The translations under genes were made by a program, and so were the position numbers. From the human T2T-CHM13v2.0 reference genome, Homo sapiens, in NCBI RefSeq assembly GCF_009914755.1, contig NC_060948.1: DNA of 64,000 nt. One strand, written 5' to 3'. Under the pieces are notes generated by a model that had not been told where the DNA came from, did no database searches, and saw only the letters and a program-made list of their open reading frames with translations. Positions 1-21,963 of this stretch are shown here, piece after piece. The stretch's first letter is position 1, and every line of letters starts with the position of its first letter.

Positions 1-280
1 ACCCAGTCGGGAACCATAAAAGAGAAACAGAAATTCCTATATCTAGCTTAGATGGACATACTTGAAGCAGTGCACTAGCAGAAATCATTTCTTTTTGAAT
101 TCACATAATATAAGCACCTTGAATTTAAAGAAAAACTAGAAAAGCTAGAATGAAGCAGATGGAGTGAGCCAACCAGCAGTACTCAGACCACCGTGGTTTG
201 AATGGAATCTTAATTTGACACCTATTAACATGAAATTGGGGGAATTCATTTTAGATCATTATCAAATAAAACAGGGAGTA

Positions 281-615
281 GTCCAGATGCTGTGGCTTAT
301 GCCTGTAATCCAGCACTTTGGAAGGCTGAGGCAGGTGGATCACCTGAGGTCAGGAGTTCGACAGCAGCCTGACCAACATGGCAAAACCCTATATCTACTA
401 CTGAAAAAAAAAAAAAAAAAGCTGGGTGTGCTGGTAGGTGCATGTAATCCCAGATACCTGGGAGGCTGAGGCAGGATAATCACCTGAATCCAGGAGGCAA
501 AGGTTGCAGTGAGTCAAGATTGAGCCACCCCACTCCAGCCTGGGTAACTGAGCAAGACTGCCTCAAAATAAATAAAATTAAATACATATAAAAAATAAAA
601 AATAACAAAAAAAAC
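281..615 (+). mobile_element. Alu (AluS/J-type) with A-rich tail
   Basis: Dimeric Alu motifs (gcctgtaatccagcactttgg...ccagcctggg), A-rich linker and tail. Confidence 0.92.
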
Positions 616-769
616 TAAACAGAGGCACATAGAAAGAATAAACTGAAGGGAAACAAGATATAAAACAATAAAATCAATTTAGAAAACATCCAAATGACTA
701 AGATAGTAATGACATCTCTGGAAGGATATGTCCAAATAAACAAAATAAAAAGTCATAATAATAATACAT

Positions 770-2490
770 GGAGTTAGGGAGGATTCACTCTTTTTCTATT
801 GTTTGTAATAGTTTCAGGAAAAAAAAAAAATGGTTCCACCTCCTCTTTCTACCTCTGGTAGAATTCAAATGTAAATCTATCTGTTCCAGAGCTTTTTTTG
901 GTTGGTAAGCTATTAATTATTGCCTCAGATTCAGAAATGGTTATTGGTCTATTTAGTGATTTGACTTCTTCCTGGTTTAGTTCCCTAGAACTAAACCCTA
1001 GAACTAGGGTGTATGTGTCCAGGAATTTATCCATTTCTTCTAGATGTTTTAGATTAATTGGATAGAGGTGTTTATAGTATTCTTTGACGGTAGTTCGTAT
1101 TTCTGTGGGATCAGTGGTGATATCCCCTTTATCTTTTCTATTGTGTCATTTGATTCTTTTCTTTTTTCTTCTTTGTTAGTTTGGCTAGCGGTCTATTTAG
1201 TTAATCTTTTCAAAAAACCAGCTCCTGGATTCATTGATTTTTTTTTTTGTTTTTTTGAAGGCTTGTTCCTGTCTCTGTCTCCTTCAGTTTAGATCTTTCC
1301 CACTTTCTCCTGTGAGCATTTAGTGCTATAAATTTCCGTCTAAACACTGCTTTAGCTCTCTCTCAGAGATTCTGGTACATTGTATCTTTGTTCTCATTGG
1401 TTTCAAAGAACTGATTTATTTCTGTCTTAATTTCCTCATTTATCCAGTAGTCATTCAGAAGCAGGTTGTTGAGTTTCCATGTAGTTGTGGAGTTTTGAGT
1501 GAGTTTCTTAATCCTCAGTTGTAATTGGATTGCAACTGAGAGACTGTTTGTTATGATTTCCCTTTATTGCATTTGCTGTGGAGTGTTTTACTTCCAATTA
1601 TGTGGTCATTTTTAGAATAAGTGCTATGTGGTGCTGAGAAGAACGTATAATCTGTTGATTTTCAGTGGAGACTTCTCTAGATGTCTATTAGGTCCACTTG
1701 GTCCAAGGATGAGTTCAAGTCCTGAATATCCTTGTTCATTTTCTATTTTGTTGATCTGTCTATTACTGACAGTGGGGTGTTAAAGTCCCCCACCATTATT
1801 GTGTGGGAGTCTATGTCCCTTTGTAGATCTCTAAGCACTTGCTTTATGAATCTGGGTGCTCCTGTATTGAGTGCATTTATATTTAGTACAGTTCGCTCTT
1901 CTTCTTGTTACGATCCCTTTACCATTATTTTATGCCCTCCTTTTATGTTTTTTGATTTTTGTTGGTTTAAAGTCTTTTTTTTAATCAGAGAAAAGGATTG
2001 CAACCTCTACTTTTTTGCTGATCGTTTGCTTGGCAAATATTCCTCCATCCCTTTATATTGAGCCTATATGTGCCTTTGTATATGAAATGGGTGTCTTGAA
2101 TAGAGCACACTGTTGGGTCTTGGCTTTCTATACAAGTTGCCAGTCTGTGTCTTTTAACTGGGGCATTTGGCCCATTTACATTTAAGGTTAATATTGTTAT
2201 GTGTAAATTTTATCCTGTTATTATGATGCTGGCTGGTCATTTTGCCCATTAGTTGATGCTGTTTCTTTATAGTGTCGATGGTCATTACAATTTGGTATGT
2301 TTTTACAGTGGCTGGTACCAGTTTTTACTATCCATATGTGGTACTTCCTTCATGAGCTCTTGTAAGACAGGTCTGGTGCTGACAAAATTTCTCAACATTT
2401 GCTTGTCTGGAAAGGATTTTCTTTCACCTTCACTGATGCAGCTTAGTTCATCTGTATAAGAAATTCTGGCTTGAAAATTCTTTGATCTAA
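770..2490 (-). mobile_element. Older primate L1 fragment (end of ORF1 and 5' part of ORF2)
   Basis: ORF 849..1034(-) reads DKFLDTYTL...[14 protein letters not shown]; endonuclease-region sequence recognisable on the - strand; internal deletion near 1290. Confidence 0.9.
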
Positions 2491-2492
2491 GA

Positions 2493-3450
2493 TTTTTTTA
2501 TTACACTTTAAGTTTTAGGGTACATGTGCACAATGTGCAGGTTTGTTACATATGTATACATGTGTCATGTTGGTGTGCTGCACCCATTAATTCATCATTT
2601 ACATTAGGTATATCTCCTAATGCTATCCCTCCCCACCTCATCACCCCACAACAGGCCCCAGTGTGTGATGTTCCCCTTCCTGGGTCCATGTGTTCTCATT
2701 GTTCAATTCCCACTTATGAGTGAGAACATGTGGTGTTTGGTTTTTTGTCCTTAAGACAGTTTGCTGAGAATGATGGTTTCCAGCTTCATCTATGTCCCTA
2801 CCAAGGACATGAACTCATCATGTTTTATGGCTGCATAGTATTCCATGGTGTATATGTGCCACATTTTCTTAATTGGAAAATGTGGCACATATTGGTCCAC
2901 AAGCTGGACATTTGGCTTGGCTCCAAGTCTTTGCTACTGTGCATAGTGCTGCAATAAACGTATGTGTGCATGTGTCTTTATTGCAGCATGATTTATTACT
3001 GGGTATATACCCAGTAATGGGATGGCTGGGTCAAATGGTATTTCCAGTTCTAGATCCCTGAGGCATCACCACACTGACTTCCACAATGGCTGAACTAGTT
3101 TACGGTCCCACCAACAGTGTAAAAGTGTTCCTATTTCTCCACATCCTCTCCAGTACCTGTTGTTTCCTGACTTTTTAATGATCACCATTCTAACTGGTGT
3201 GAGATGGTATCTCACTGTGGCTTTGATTTGCATTTTTCTGATGGCCAGTGATGATAAGCATTTTTTCATGTGTCTTTTGGGTGCATAAATGTCTTCTTTT
3301 GAGAAGTATTTGTTCATAAACTTTGCCCACTTTCTGATGGGATTGTTTGTCTTTTTCTTGTAAATTTGTTTGAGTTCATTGTAGATTCTGGATATTAGCC
3401 CTTTGTCAGATGAGTAGATTATTTCAAGATGGATTAAAGTCTTAAATGTT
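2493..3450 (-). mobile_element. 5'-truncated L1PA 3' end with the start of an inverted segment (3421-3450, + strand)
   Basis: Poly(T), reverse-complement 3'UTR and ORF2 C-terminus to 3420, then sense L1 sequence ttcaagatggattaaagtcttaaatgtt. Confidence 0.88.
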
Positions 3451-4481
3451 GGGGTGTAGCCAAGATGGCTGAATAGGAACAGCTCTAGTCTATAGCTCCC
3501 AGTGTGAGTAACACAGAAGATGGGTGATTTCTGCATTTCCAACTGAGGTATGGGGCTCATCTCACTGGGGAGTGTCAGAAAGTGGGTGCAGGGCAGTGGG
3601 TGCAGTCACCCAGTGTAAGCTGAAGCAGGGCGAGGCATTGCCTCCCCCAAGAAGTGCAAGGGGTCAAGGAATTCCCTTTCCTAGTCAAAAAAATGGGTGA
3701 CAGAAGGCATCTGGAAAATCTGGTCATTCCCACCCTAATACTGTGCCTTTCCAATGGTCTTAGCAAATGGCACACCAGGAGATTATATCCCACACATGGC
3801 TCACAGGGTCCTACACCCATGGAGCCTTGCTCATTGCTAGCACAGCAGTCTGCAATCAAACTGCAAGGCGGCAGCGAGGCGGGTATGGGGAGGGACACCC
3901 ACCATTGCCTAGGCTTGAGTAGATTAACAAAGTGGTCTAGAAGCTCAAACTGGGTGAAGCCCACTGCAGCTCAAGGAGACCTTCCTGCCTCTCTGGACCC
4001 CTCCTCTGGGGGGCAAGGCATAGCCCAACAAAAGACAGCAGAATCCTCTGCAGACTTAAATGTCTCTGTCTGAGAGCTTTGAAGAGAGTAGTGATTCTCC
4101 TAGCATGCAGCTGGAGATCTGAGAATGGACTTACTGCCTCCCCAAATGGGTCCCTGACCCCTAAGTAGCCTAACTGGGAGGCAATCCCTAGTAGGGGCAG
4201 ACTGAAACCTCACACAGCCAGGTACTCCTCTGAGACAAAACTTCCAGAGGAATGATCAAGCAGCAACATTTGCTGCTCACCAGTATCTGCTATTCTGCAG
4301 CCTCCACTGCTGATACCCAGGCAAACAGGGTCTGGAGTGGACCTCCAGCAAACTCGAGCAGACATGCAGCTGAGGGTCCTGACTGTTAGAAGGAAAACTG
4401 ATAAACAGAAATGACATCCACACCAAAATCCCTTCTGTACTTCACCATCATCAAAGACCAAAGGTACATAAAACCACACAG

Positions 4482-5514
4482 ATGGGGAACAAACAGAGCA
4501 GAAAAACTAGAAACTCTAAAATGCAGAGCACCTCTCCTCCTCTGAAGGAACGCAGCTCCTCACCAGCAATGGAACAAAGCTGGATGGAGAATGACTTTGA
4601 AGAGTTGAGAGAAGAAGGCTTCAGATGATCAAACTACTCCGAGCTAAAGGAGGAAGTGCAAACCCATGGCAAAGAAGTTAAAAACCTTGAAAAAAATTTA
4701 GACAAATGGCTAACTAGAATAAACAATGCAGAGAAGTTCTTAAAGGACCTGATGGAGCTGAAAACCAAGGCATGTGAACTATGCAAAGAAAGCACAAGCC
4801 TCAGTAGCCGATTTGATCAAATGGAAGAAAGGGTATCAGTGACGGAAGATCAGATGAATGAAATGAAACTAGCTAGCAAGACTAATACAGAAGAGAAGTT
4901 TAGAGAAAAAAGAATAAAAAGAAATGAACAAAGCCTCCAAGAAATATGGGACTATGTGAAAAGACCAAATCTACATCTGATTGGTGTACCTGAAAGTGAT
5001 GGGGAGAATGGAAACAAGTTGGAAAACACTCTGCAGGATATTATCCAGGAGACTTTCCCCAATCTAGCAGGCAGTCCAATATTCAAATTCAGGAAATACA
5101 GAGAAAGCCACAAAGATACTCCTTGAGAAAAGCAACTCCAAGACACATAATCGTCAGATTCACCAAAGTTGAAATGAAGGAAAAAATGTTAGGGGCAGCC
5201 AGAGAGAAAGGTCGGGTTACCGACAAATGCAAGCCCATCAGACTAACAGCTGATCTCTCGGCAGAAATTCTACAAGCCAGAAGAGGGTAGGGGTCAATAT
5301 TCAACATTCTTAAAGAAAAGAATTTTCAACCTGGAATTTCATATCCAGCCAAACTAAGCTTCATACGTGAAGGAGAAATAAAGTACTTTACAGACAAGCA
5401 AATGCTGGGAGATTTTGTTACCATCAGGCCTGCTCTAAAAGAGCTCCTGATGGAAGCACTAAACATAGAAAGGAACAACCAGTACCAGCCACTACAAAAC
5501 ATGCCAAATTGTAA
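4482..5514 (+). pseudogene. L1 ORF1p, disrupted
   Basis: ATG at 4482; ORF 4656..5126 contains RNEQSLQEIWDYVKRPNL; stops and frameshifts. Confidence 0.92.
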
Positions 5515-5577
5515 AGACCATCAAGGCTACGAAGAAACTGTATCAACTAACGAGCAAAATAGCCAGCTAACATCATA

Positions 5578-9400
<3,823 letters not shown>

Positions 9401-9780
9401 ATGAGAACACATAGACACAGAAGGGGTATATCACTCACTGGGTCCTATTGTGGGGTTGGGGAGGGGGAGGGATAGCATTAGGAGATACAGCTAATGTTAA
9501 GTGACAAGTTAATGGGTGCAACACAACAACATGGCACATGTATACATATGTAACAAACCTGCACATTGTGCACATGTACCCTAAAACTTAAAGTATAATA
9601 AAAAAAATAAAGATATGTGTTAACTGTTGTGTACCAAAGCAGGCTATTAATTCACCTAGCCTGAATTTTAACTGAGATTTACTTAAATTTCATGTATTGT
9701 CTACTTGAGTTTTCTTCTCTTCTTCCTTCCAAAATATCTGCTTCATTTTGTCATGGAAGATCTGCTTCAAGGATATATGA

Positions 9781-10090
<310 letters not shown>

Positions 10091-10459
10091 TGAATTTTTT
10101 AAACTTGGCTAGATTCATTGACTGTCTTTAGGACAAAGAGAGTAAACAAATTGCCTTTTTTACCCTTTGGTGTAGTGCATCAACCATACTTGTTGAGAAC
10201 CAAAAGGGAAGAGGCTCTGGAAAAATGAGGTCAGCAAAAGCCACAGAGAAACATTTCTTAAGTTTCAGGGAGGATTTAAAGTTTTCTACAGTATGAAACT
10301 AAGAAAAATATAATAAAAAGACATTTTTATTAGATTTTTTTTCTTCATTTCTGTGACTCTCATTAGCTAAGGTGCTGAGAAAAAGATATTGGTTTTGTGT
10401 ACAGAGACGAATATGAGAGTAAACCTGTTCTTGATTCAGATCTCATTTTGTTGTTATTG

Positions 10460-10650
10460 TTGTTTTTATGGCTACATAGTATTCCATGGTGTATATGTAC
10501 CATATTTTCTTTATCCAGTCTGTCATTTTTTGGCATTCTGGTTGATTCCATATCTTTCCTATTATGAATAGTGCTGCGATGTACACACACTTACATGTGT
10601 CTTTATGGTAGAATGATTCACATTCCTCTGTGTATATATGCAGTAATAGC
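10460..10650 (-). mobile_element. Short L1 ORF2 3' fragment
   Basis: - strand translation includes WIKKIWYIYTMEYYVAIK. Confidence 0.85.
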
Positions 10651-10905
10651 GTTTCTGGGGCGATCTGATTTCCGGAGCCTATTTCCTCATCTACAAACCT
10701 AGGGCATAGGATTAGAGGAGTGGTTAGCATGGTGGTGGAAGGTGCAGGAGGAGACGAGACTTTAGACCAAGAACTATTGTTGATGTAAAAAGACCGGAGT
10801 GGCCTGGATTTGTGATGCGCCCCCAAGTGAGGTTCAAATATTGTCATTGTTCTGATAACAGGCACGAAGAGCAGTTGCAGGAAGGCATACCAAAGGCCAC
10901 CTCTA

Positions 10906-11267
<362 letters not shown>

Positions 11268-11350
11268 GGTATACCTGCGAAGAAGGAATTAATGAAGTCA
11301 ACTGTCACCTAATATTAGTAGTAATAGAAATTTTAAAATCCTCTTAAAGA

Positions 11351-11767
11351 TGCTGCAGTGTGGCTCCTTCTTACCTATAAGTTAAAAGAGAATATCACTA
11401 CCCTGTCTTCTCTCTGTGGACGGTGGACCTTATCTGTGCTCCCCAAGTCTGCATTCCTCAAAGTTTATTAGAATCCCAGAGGGTTCCTGAACAGCTGCAG
11501 GGTCACAAGACTGATAAGTTTAGGTTGCACGACATGTTTCTCTTAAGATGTAAGACACGTTGTAATGCTGCCTTTGTTTCTTGCTTCTGTAACTAGCTCC
11601 CTGCCTCATGTAGTTCCTGCCTTAAGATGTTTAAAAGTAAGAAAAGCCCTTTGTTCTGGGCTCAGACTTTCTGGACATATGTCTGGCTGGGCCAGTGATC
11701 ATCTTAGTAAACTCTCCTGAATGTTTTTTTTTTTTTGGTCTCTCCAGTCTTTGATTGTCTCACAACA
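11351..11767 (+). mobile_element. Solo ERV1 LTR (LTR15-like)
   Basis: TG...CA termini, tttaaaa TATA-like box, agtaaa poly(A)-like signal; resemblance to LTR15 from recall. Confidence 0.6.
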
Positions 11768-12997
11768 CCTGCAAACCTAATGGATTCAAAACTCCATGTC
11801 ATATTCCAAGTTTTTTTTTCCAACTTCTACTCTGAATTGAACAAAATATAACATGTATAAAACACTTTTCATAGTTAGATGATAGTAAAAGACTCATTTA
11901 TTACAGTTTAGGACATTTTAGGGAGTGAATCTGATGATGGGTGGATACAGTTGATTTCATTTTTTTAAGGACTCATGTATATTCAAAAATCTTATTTTAT
12001 AATTTTTAAAGTATATAACTTTGTACTGTGCCAACAGACAAGCCACTTCTTATTCAGTAGTATTATTTAAACTTTGATAGTTTACATTCAACAATATTTT
12101 TAAACCTTAATGTTTAAAGGAGGTTTTTGAAAATATACTGTTATAAGTAAAGTTGCTTGGTAACCGGGACTATTTCACTCAGTGTTCAAATGACTTTTTG
12201 TGTCTCAACAAATCCTGCCATTGAAACAAATGTAAGAATACAAAAGAGCATTAAATCTTTTGGAAATTATGTTGCACAGAAAAAATAAAACAGAGCCCCC
12301 ATATGTTTCTATTAATAAACACATAATGCTAATGCAGTAATATAATATAGAATATATTAAATGAGGAAAATATATGTTTCAAAAGGGGGTTCACATGCAT
12401 TCTCAAGATTTGGATAAAGGTAAAACAAAAACAAAGACTTCAAAGAAATGTGCACCCTAAATCAGACAATTTATGAGTAGGGAAGATAATAACATATTCT
12501 TAGATGCTATGTCAAAATCATAGTCATTTGCTTCAATAAAAAGAGATTTTATTCAGGTAGGTTCAATGGAAGCAGCTATTTTTGTTGACATCCTAGTATG
12601 TGTGATGGACATTGCCCAAACCTTTGCTAAGCCTTACCACCACCCTGCAAAATGAACTGTTCAGTAAGAACTAAATTCTTATATATTTTATGTTGCCCAA
12701 ATTCCTATCTAAGGTGTCTGAGAAGTCATACCTTACAAACCATAAATTCTTATCAGATCAGTTTTATTTTTTTTTTCATTTTTTTCTTTTATTATTATAC
12801 TTTAAGTTTAAGGGTATATGTGCACATTGTGCAGGTTAGTTGCATATGTATACATGTGCCATGCTGGTGCGCTGCACCCACTAACTTGACATCTAGCATT
12901 AGGTATATCTTTCAATGTTATCCCTCCCCCTCCCCCCACCCCAAAACAGTCCGCAGAGTGTGACGTTCCCCTTCCTGTGTCCATGTGATCTCATTGT

Positions 12998-16820
<3,823 letters not shown>

Positions 16821-16883
16821 TATGATGTTAGCTGGTTATTTTCCTCATTAGTTGATGCAGTTTCTTCCTAGTCTCGATGGTCT

Positions 16884-17900
16884 TCACAATTTGGCATGAT
16901 TTTGCAGCGGCTGGTACTGGTTGTTCCTGTCCATGTTTAGCACTTCCTTCAGGAGCTCTTTTAGGGCAGGCCTGGTGGTGACAAAATCTCTCATCATTTG
17001 CTTGTCTGTAAAGTATTTTATTTCTCCTTCACTTATGAAGCTTAGTTTGGCTGGATATGAAATTCCAGGTTGAAAATTCTTTTCTTCAAGAATGTTGAAT
17101 ATTGGCCCCACTCTCTTCTGGCTTGTAGGGTTTCTGCCAAGAGATCCGCTGTTAGTCTGATGGGCTGCCCTTTGAGGATAATCTGACCTTTCTCTCTGGC
17201 TGTCCTTAACATTTTTTCCTTCATTTCAACTTTGGTGAATCTGACAATTATGTGTCTTGGAGTTGCTCTTCTCGAGGAGTAACTTTGTGGCGTTCTCTGT
17301 AGGTCCTGAATGTGAATGTTGGCCTGCCTTGTTAGATTGGGGAAGTTCTCCTGGATAATATCGTGCAGAGTGTTTTCCAGCTTGGTTCCATTCTCCCCGT
17401 CACTTTCAGGTACACCAATCAGACGTAGATTTGGTCTTTTCACATAGACCCATATTTCTTGGAGGCTTTGCTCATTTCTTTTTATTCCTTTTTCTCTAAA
17501 CTTCCCTTCTTGCTTCATTTCATTCATTTCATCTTCCATTGCTGATACCCTTTCTTCCAGTTGATCACATCAGCTCCTGAGGCTTCTGCATTCTTCATGT
17601 AGTTGTTGAGCCTTGGTTTTCAGCTCCATCAGCTCCTTTAAGCACTTCTCTGTATTGGTTATTCTAGTTATACATTCTTCTAAATATTTTTTGAAGTTTT
17701 CAACTTCTTTGCCTTTGGTTTGAATGTCCTCCCATAGCTCAGAGTAATTTGATTGTCTGAAGCCTTCTTCTCTCAGCTCCTGAAAGTCATTCTCCATCTA
17801 GCTTTGTTCCATTGCTGGTGAGGAACTGCGTTCCTTTGGAGGAGGAGAGACACTCTGCTTTTTAGAGTTTCCAGTTTTTCTGTTCTGTTTTTTTCCCCAT
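16884..17900 (-). pseudogene. L1 ORF1p, disrupted
   Basis: ORF fragments 17570..17797, 17042..17539, 16884..17111. Confidence 0.93.
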
Positions 17901-19906
17901 CTTTGTGGTTTTATCTACTTTTGGTCTTTGATGATGGTGATGTACAGATGGGTTGTTGGTGTGGATGTCCTTTCTGTTTGTTAGTTTTCCTTCTAACAGA
18001 CAGGACCTTCAGCTGCAGGTCTGTTGGAATACGCTGCCATGTGAGGTGTCAGTGTGCCCCTGCTGGGGGGTGCCTCCCAGTTAGGCTGCTTGGGGGTCAG
18101 GGGTCAGGGACCCACTTGAGGAGGCAGTCTGCCCTTTCTCAGATCTCCAGCTGTGTACTGGGAGAACAACTGCTGTCTTCAAAGCTGTCTGACAGGGACA
18201 TTTAAGTCTGCAGAGGTTACTGCTGTCTTTTTTTGTCTGTGCCCTGTCCCCAGAGGTGGAGCCTATAGAGGCAGGCAGGCCTCCTTGAGCTGTGGTGGGC
18301 TCCACCCAGTTGGAGCTTCCCAGCTGCTTTGTTTACCTAAGCAAGCCTGGGCAATGGCGGGTGCCCCTCCCCCAGCTTCGCTGCGGCCTTGCAGTGTGAT
18401 CTCAGACTGCTGCACTAGCAATCAGCAAGACTCCGTGGGCGTAGGACCCTCCGAGCCAGGTGCGGGATATAATCTCATGCTGCGCCATTTTTTAAGCCTG
18501 TCGGAAAAGTGCAGTATTTGGGTGGGAGTGACCCAATTTTCCAGGTGCCGTCCATCAACGCTTTCTTTGACTAGGAAGGGGAACTCCCTGACTCCTTGCG
18601 CTCCCCAAGTGAGGCAATGCCTCGCCCTGCTTCAGCTGGCACACAGTGCATGCACCTACTGACCTGGGCCCACTGTCTGGCACACCCTAATGAGATGAAC
18701 CCGGTACCTCACATGGAAATGCAGAAATCACCCATCTTCTGCGTCACTCACGCTGGGAGCTGTAGACCAGACCTGTTCCTATTTGGCCATCTTGGCTCTT
18801 CCCCAGATCAGTTTTATTTAATCCTGTATATCATGACTTACTTTCCAGCCTAACTGGGGCGTAACATTACAAAACAAGGAATCAAATAAAAATATTTTAC
18901 TCTAAAGTATGCTTCTTTGCCATATCTTCAAATGGACCTGCAAACCTGTCCTTTGTAAGGGAAGATGTACATTTGTAAAGAATATCTATGAACATACCTA
19001 GATCTTTTTTTTTTCCGGTCCTCCCAATCCTGAAGAGATTAGGTCAGTCTAGCACCTTTTAAAGGTCTGCATAGGAAACATTTGTCATCTATTGTCTTTG
19101 AGGGCAGCCACTATAAGACTTCAAAAAAATCTTGGTCTCCACAATCTTTTGTCTTAACCTGAACATTTCCTTTCCATCAATCCCAGGTTTTTAGGCAAAC
19201 TCAACCAATTACCAATCAGAAAATGTTTAAGTTTACCTATAGCCAGGAAGCTCCCCACAACGCCACCCTGCACCACCAACACCTATGCCCACCCACCCTG
19301 TTTTGAGTTGTCCCACCTTTCTGGACCAAACCAAAGTAGCTCTTAAATGTATTTGATTGATGTCTCATGCCTCTCTAAAATGTGAAGAACCAAGCTGTGC
19401 TCCAACCACCATGGAAACATGTTCTCAGGACCTCTTGAGAGCTGTGTCACAGGCCATGGTCATTGATATTTGGCTCAGAATTAATCTCTTCAAATATTTT
19501 ACAGAGTTGACTCTTTTTATTGACAGCAGTACACGTGATACAGATGAGAAAATGAAGGCTCAAAGGCAAAAGACACGAGAGGTCTAGAAAGCAGCTACCT
19601 CCCCCTCAGCACTCTAACCACATCACAGGTTGGTGTCATCTGAGGCCACATTAACCAATACCCCATAGCAGGATAATATGATGTTGGGAAGAGAGGTGGT
19701 GAATATGCACCACAAAGACCCTTGAAAGGCTATCTAAGGACTTTCAAATTTTGATAAACTTTGCTAATTGATGTAACCAATGCAAGAATATAACTAATAT
19801 CCCTTCACTATCACGCCAAAGGATTCTGGAAAGATAGTAATTCAACTGGCATTTATTCATCTCTTTTCTGTTCTTTGTGGCCATTCAGTTCTTCATCAGC
19901 TCAACA

Positions 19907-19907
<1 letters not shown>

Positions 19908-19953
<46 letters not shown>

Positions 19954-19956
19954 ACA
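19908..19956. repeat. (CA)n microsatellite
   Basis: Directly visible, one interruption. Confidence 0.97.
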
Positions 19957-20108
19957 TTAAATACTTAGCAGGAGCTAGGTCTTATCTTTCCTCTTTTTGC
20001 ATTCAGCTAAAACAAAGATGAACTTTAAAAAAGAGAGATTTGTCTGTAAAGACCAAGAATCCATTCCTAGTTACAGTGGTGGTTTCTCATCACTTTAGCT
20101 AATACTAG

Positions 20109-20470
20109 TGCTGATAAAAAGAGTCAAAGTTTGTAAAATGTTTGAAGCGATTTATTCTGAGTCAAATATGAGTGATCATGACACAGCCCTCTGGAGGTCT
20201 TGAGCATATGTGCCCAAGGTGGTTGGGGCACAGCTTGGTTTTATATATTTTAGAGAGGTATGAGACATCAACCAAATGCATTTAAGAAATACATTGGGTT
20301 TGTTTAGAAAGGCAGCACAACTCAAAATGGGGGCTTCCAGGCTATAGATAAATTTAAGCATTTTCTTGTTGACAATTGGTTGAGTTTATCTGAAGAGCTG
20401 GGATCAAAAGAAATATTCATGTTAAGATGAAGGATTTTGGAGGCCAAGTTTTATTGTTTAGAGGAGTCTG
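20109..20470 (-). mobile_element. MER4-family LTR 3' portion
   Basis: Reverse-complement similarity to 19200-19525; ORFs 19357..19587(+) and 20176..20361(-) share LMSH.SLK...PSCAPTT. Confidence 0.8.
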
Positions 20471-20529
20471 AACTACAAACTCTGCAACAGTCTTCCACAG
20501 GCAATCAATTCTTCATCCGTTTCTGCCAG

Positions 20530-21440
20530 CTTTCCTTGATTTTCTCCTCTGTACCAACTCAGAACCAACCAGGGAAAGTGAAATATGCACCCCAAACCAA
20601 TGACATGAGAAGCCCCACTTTTGGACAGCTCACCTGAAGTTCCCCTATGCCAGCAAACTCCAAACACAGCACACCTACAGCCTTCTCCTTTTGTTCCTCA
20701 AAAGAAAGAATTTGACTTAGGAGCATAAAGCAGATAAAGAGACCAAGGCAAGTTCTAGAGCAGGAGTGGAAGTGTATTAAAAAGGCTTTAGAACAGGAAA
20801 GAAAGGAAAGAACCCTTGGAAGAGACCCAAGTGGGCGCCTGAAGGTCAAAGAGAAAAGAGGAGAAACTTTAATCGTGAACCTGGACTTTATAGGCTCCTG
20901 TCTTTCCCATGATTCTACCCTGAGGGTGGGCCTTCCACTTGCACAGTGTTCTCCTTACCCTTGGGAAATGAGCATGCGCAGTGTTTTTAGGGAATTGAAT
21001 GCATGGCCATCTGAGGATTTCTTCCTTCTTCCAGTGGAGTATACCTGGAAGGTCATACTTCACCATTTTTGTCTCTTAATGTGCATGCCCAGAAAGTTGC
21101 TTCGACCTGGGGCCTGTCTTTAGTTAACTCTTTAATGTTAACAGGTATTGACCACCAGCAAATTGCCTCTTCCTGGTATTGGCTAAAAACTATCACTTTT
21201 AGATTGGCAATGCCATTATTGCCAAACCATCACCTGACTCTAATGGCGGGGGGCTGGGTGGGGGGTAGGTGGCAGGGAGAGTCCTCTCCTGTCCAGCTCA
21301 TGCCTAACTACCTGTAACATGTTTTCACCATAAAGTATTTCCACTGGCCTTTGAGTCTTTCCTAAATGCAAGTGATAGCGCCAGACTCCCTTGTTGGAGC
21401 AAGCTCTCACTAAAAAGTCTCTGTTTGCTCTCATTTGTGA
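20530..21440 (+). mobile_element. MER34/MER39-like LTR interrupted by MER50
   Basis: ccaaaccaatgacat... at left and gcctttgagtctttcctaaatgcaagtgat...gcaagctct at right of the MER50. Confidence 0.55.
20690..21319 (-). mobile_element. MER50-like LTR
   Basis: - strand begins tgttacaggtagttaggcatgagc, as recalled for MER50. Confidence 0.7.
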
Positions 21441-21590
21441 AAGAGGAAGGAAGTCTTTATTTATTTCCACAAACTTTACATTGTTTTTGATACAGATGTA
21501 TATAGTGTACAGGCTGAATGCTTCACTATAGTTATTTTTGAAATGGACTAATTTTCATATTGCGCTATAGCTTCTATTTACGGGGAATAG

Positions 21591-21963
<373 letters not shown>

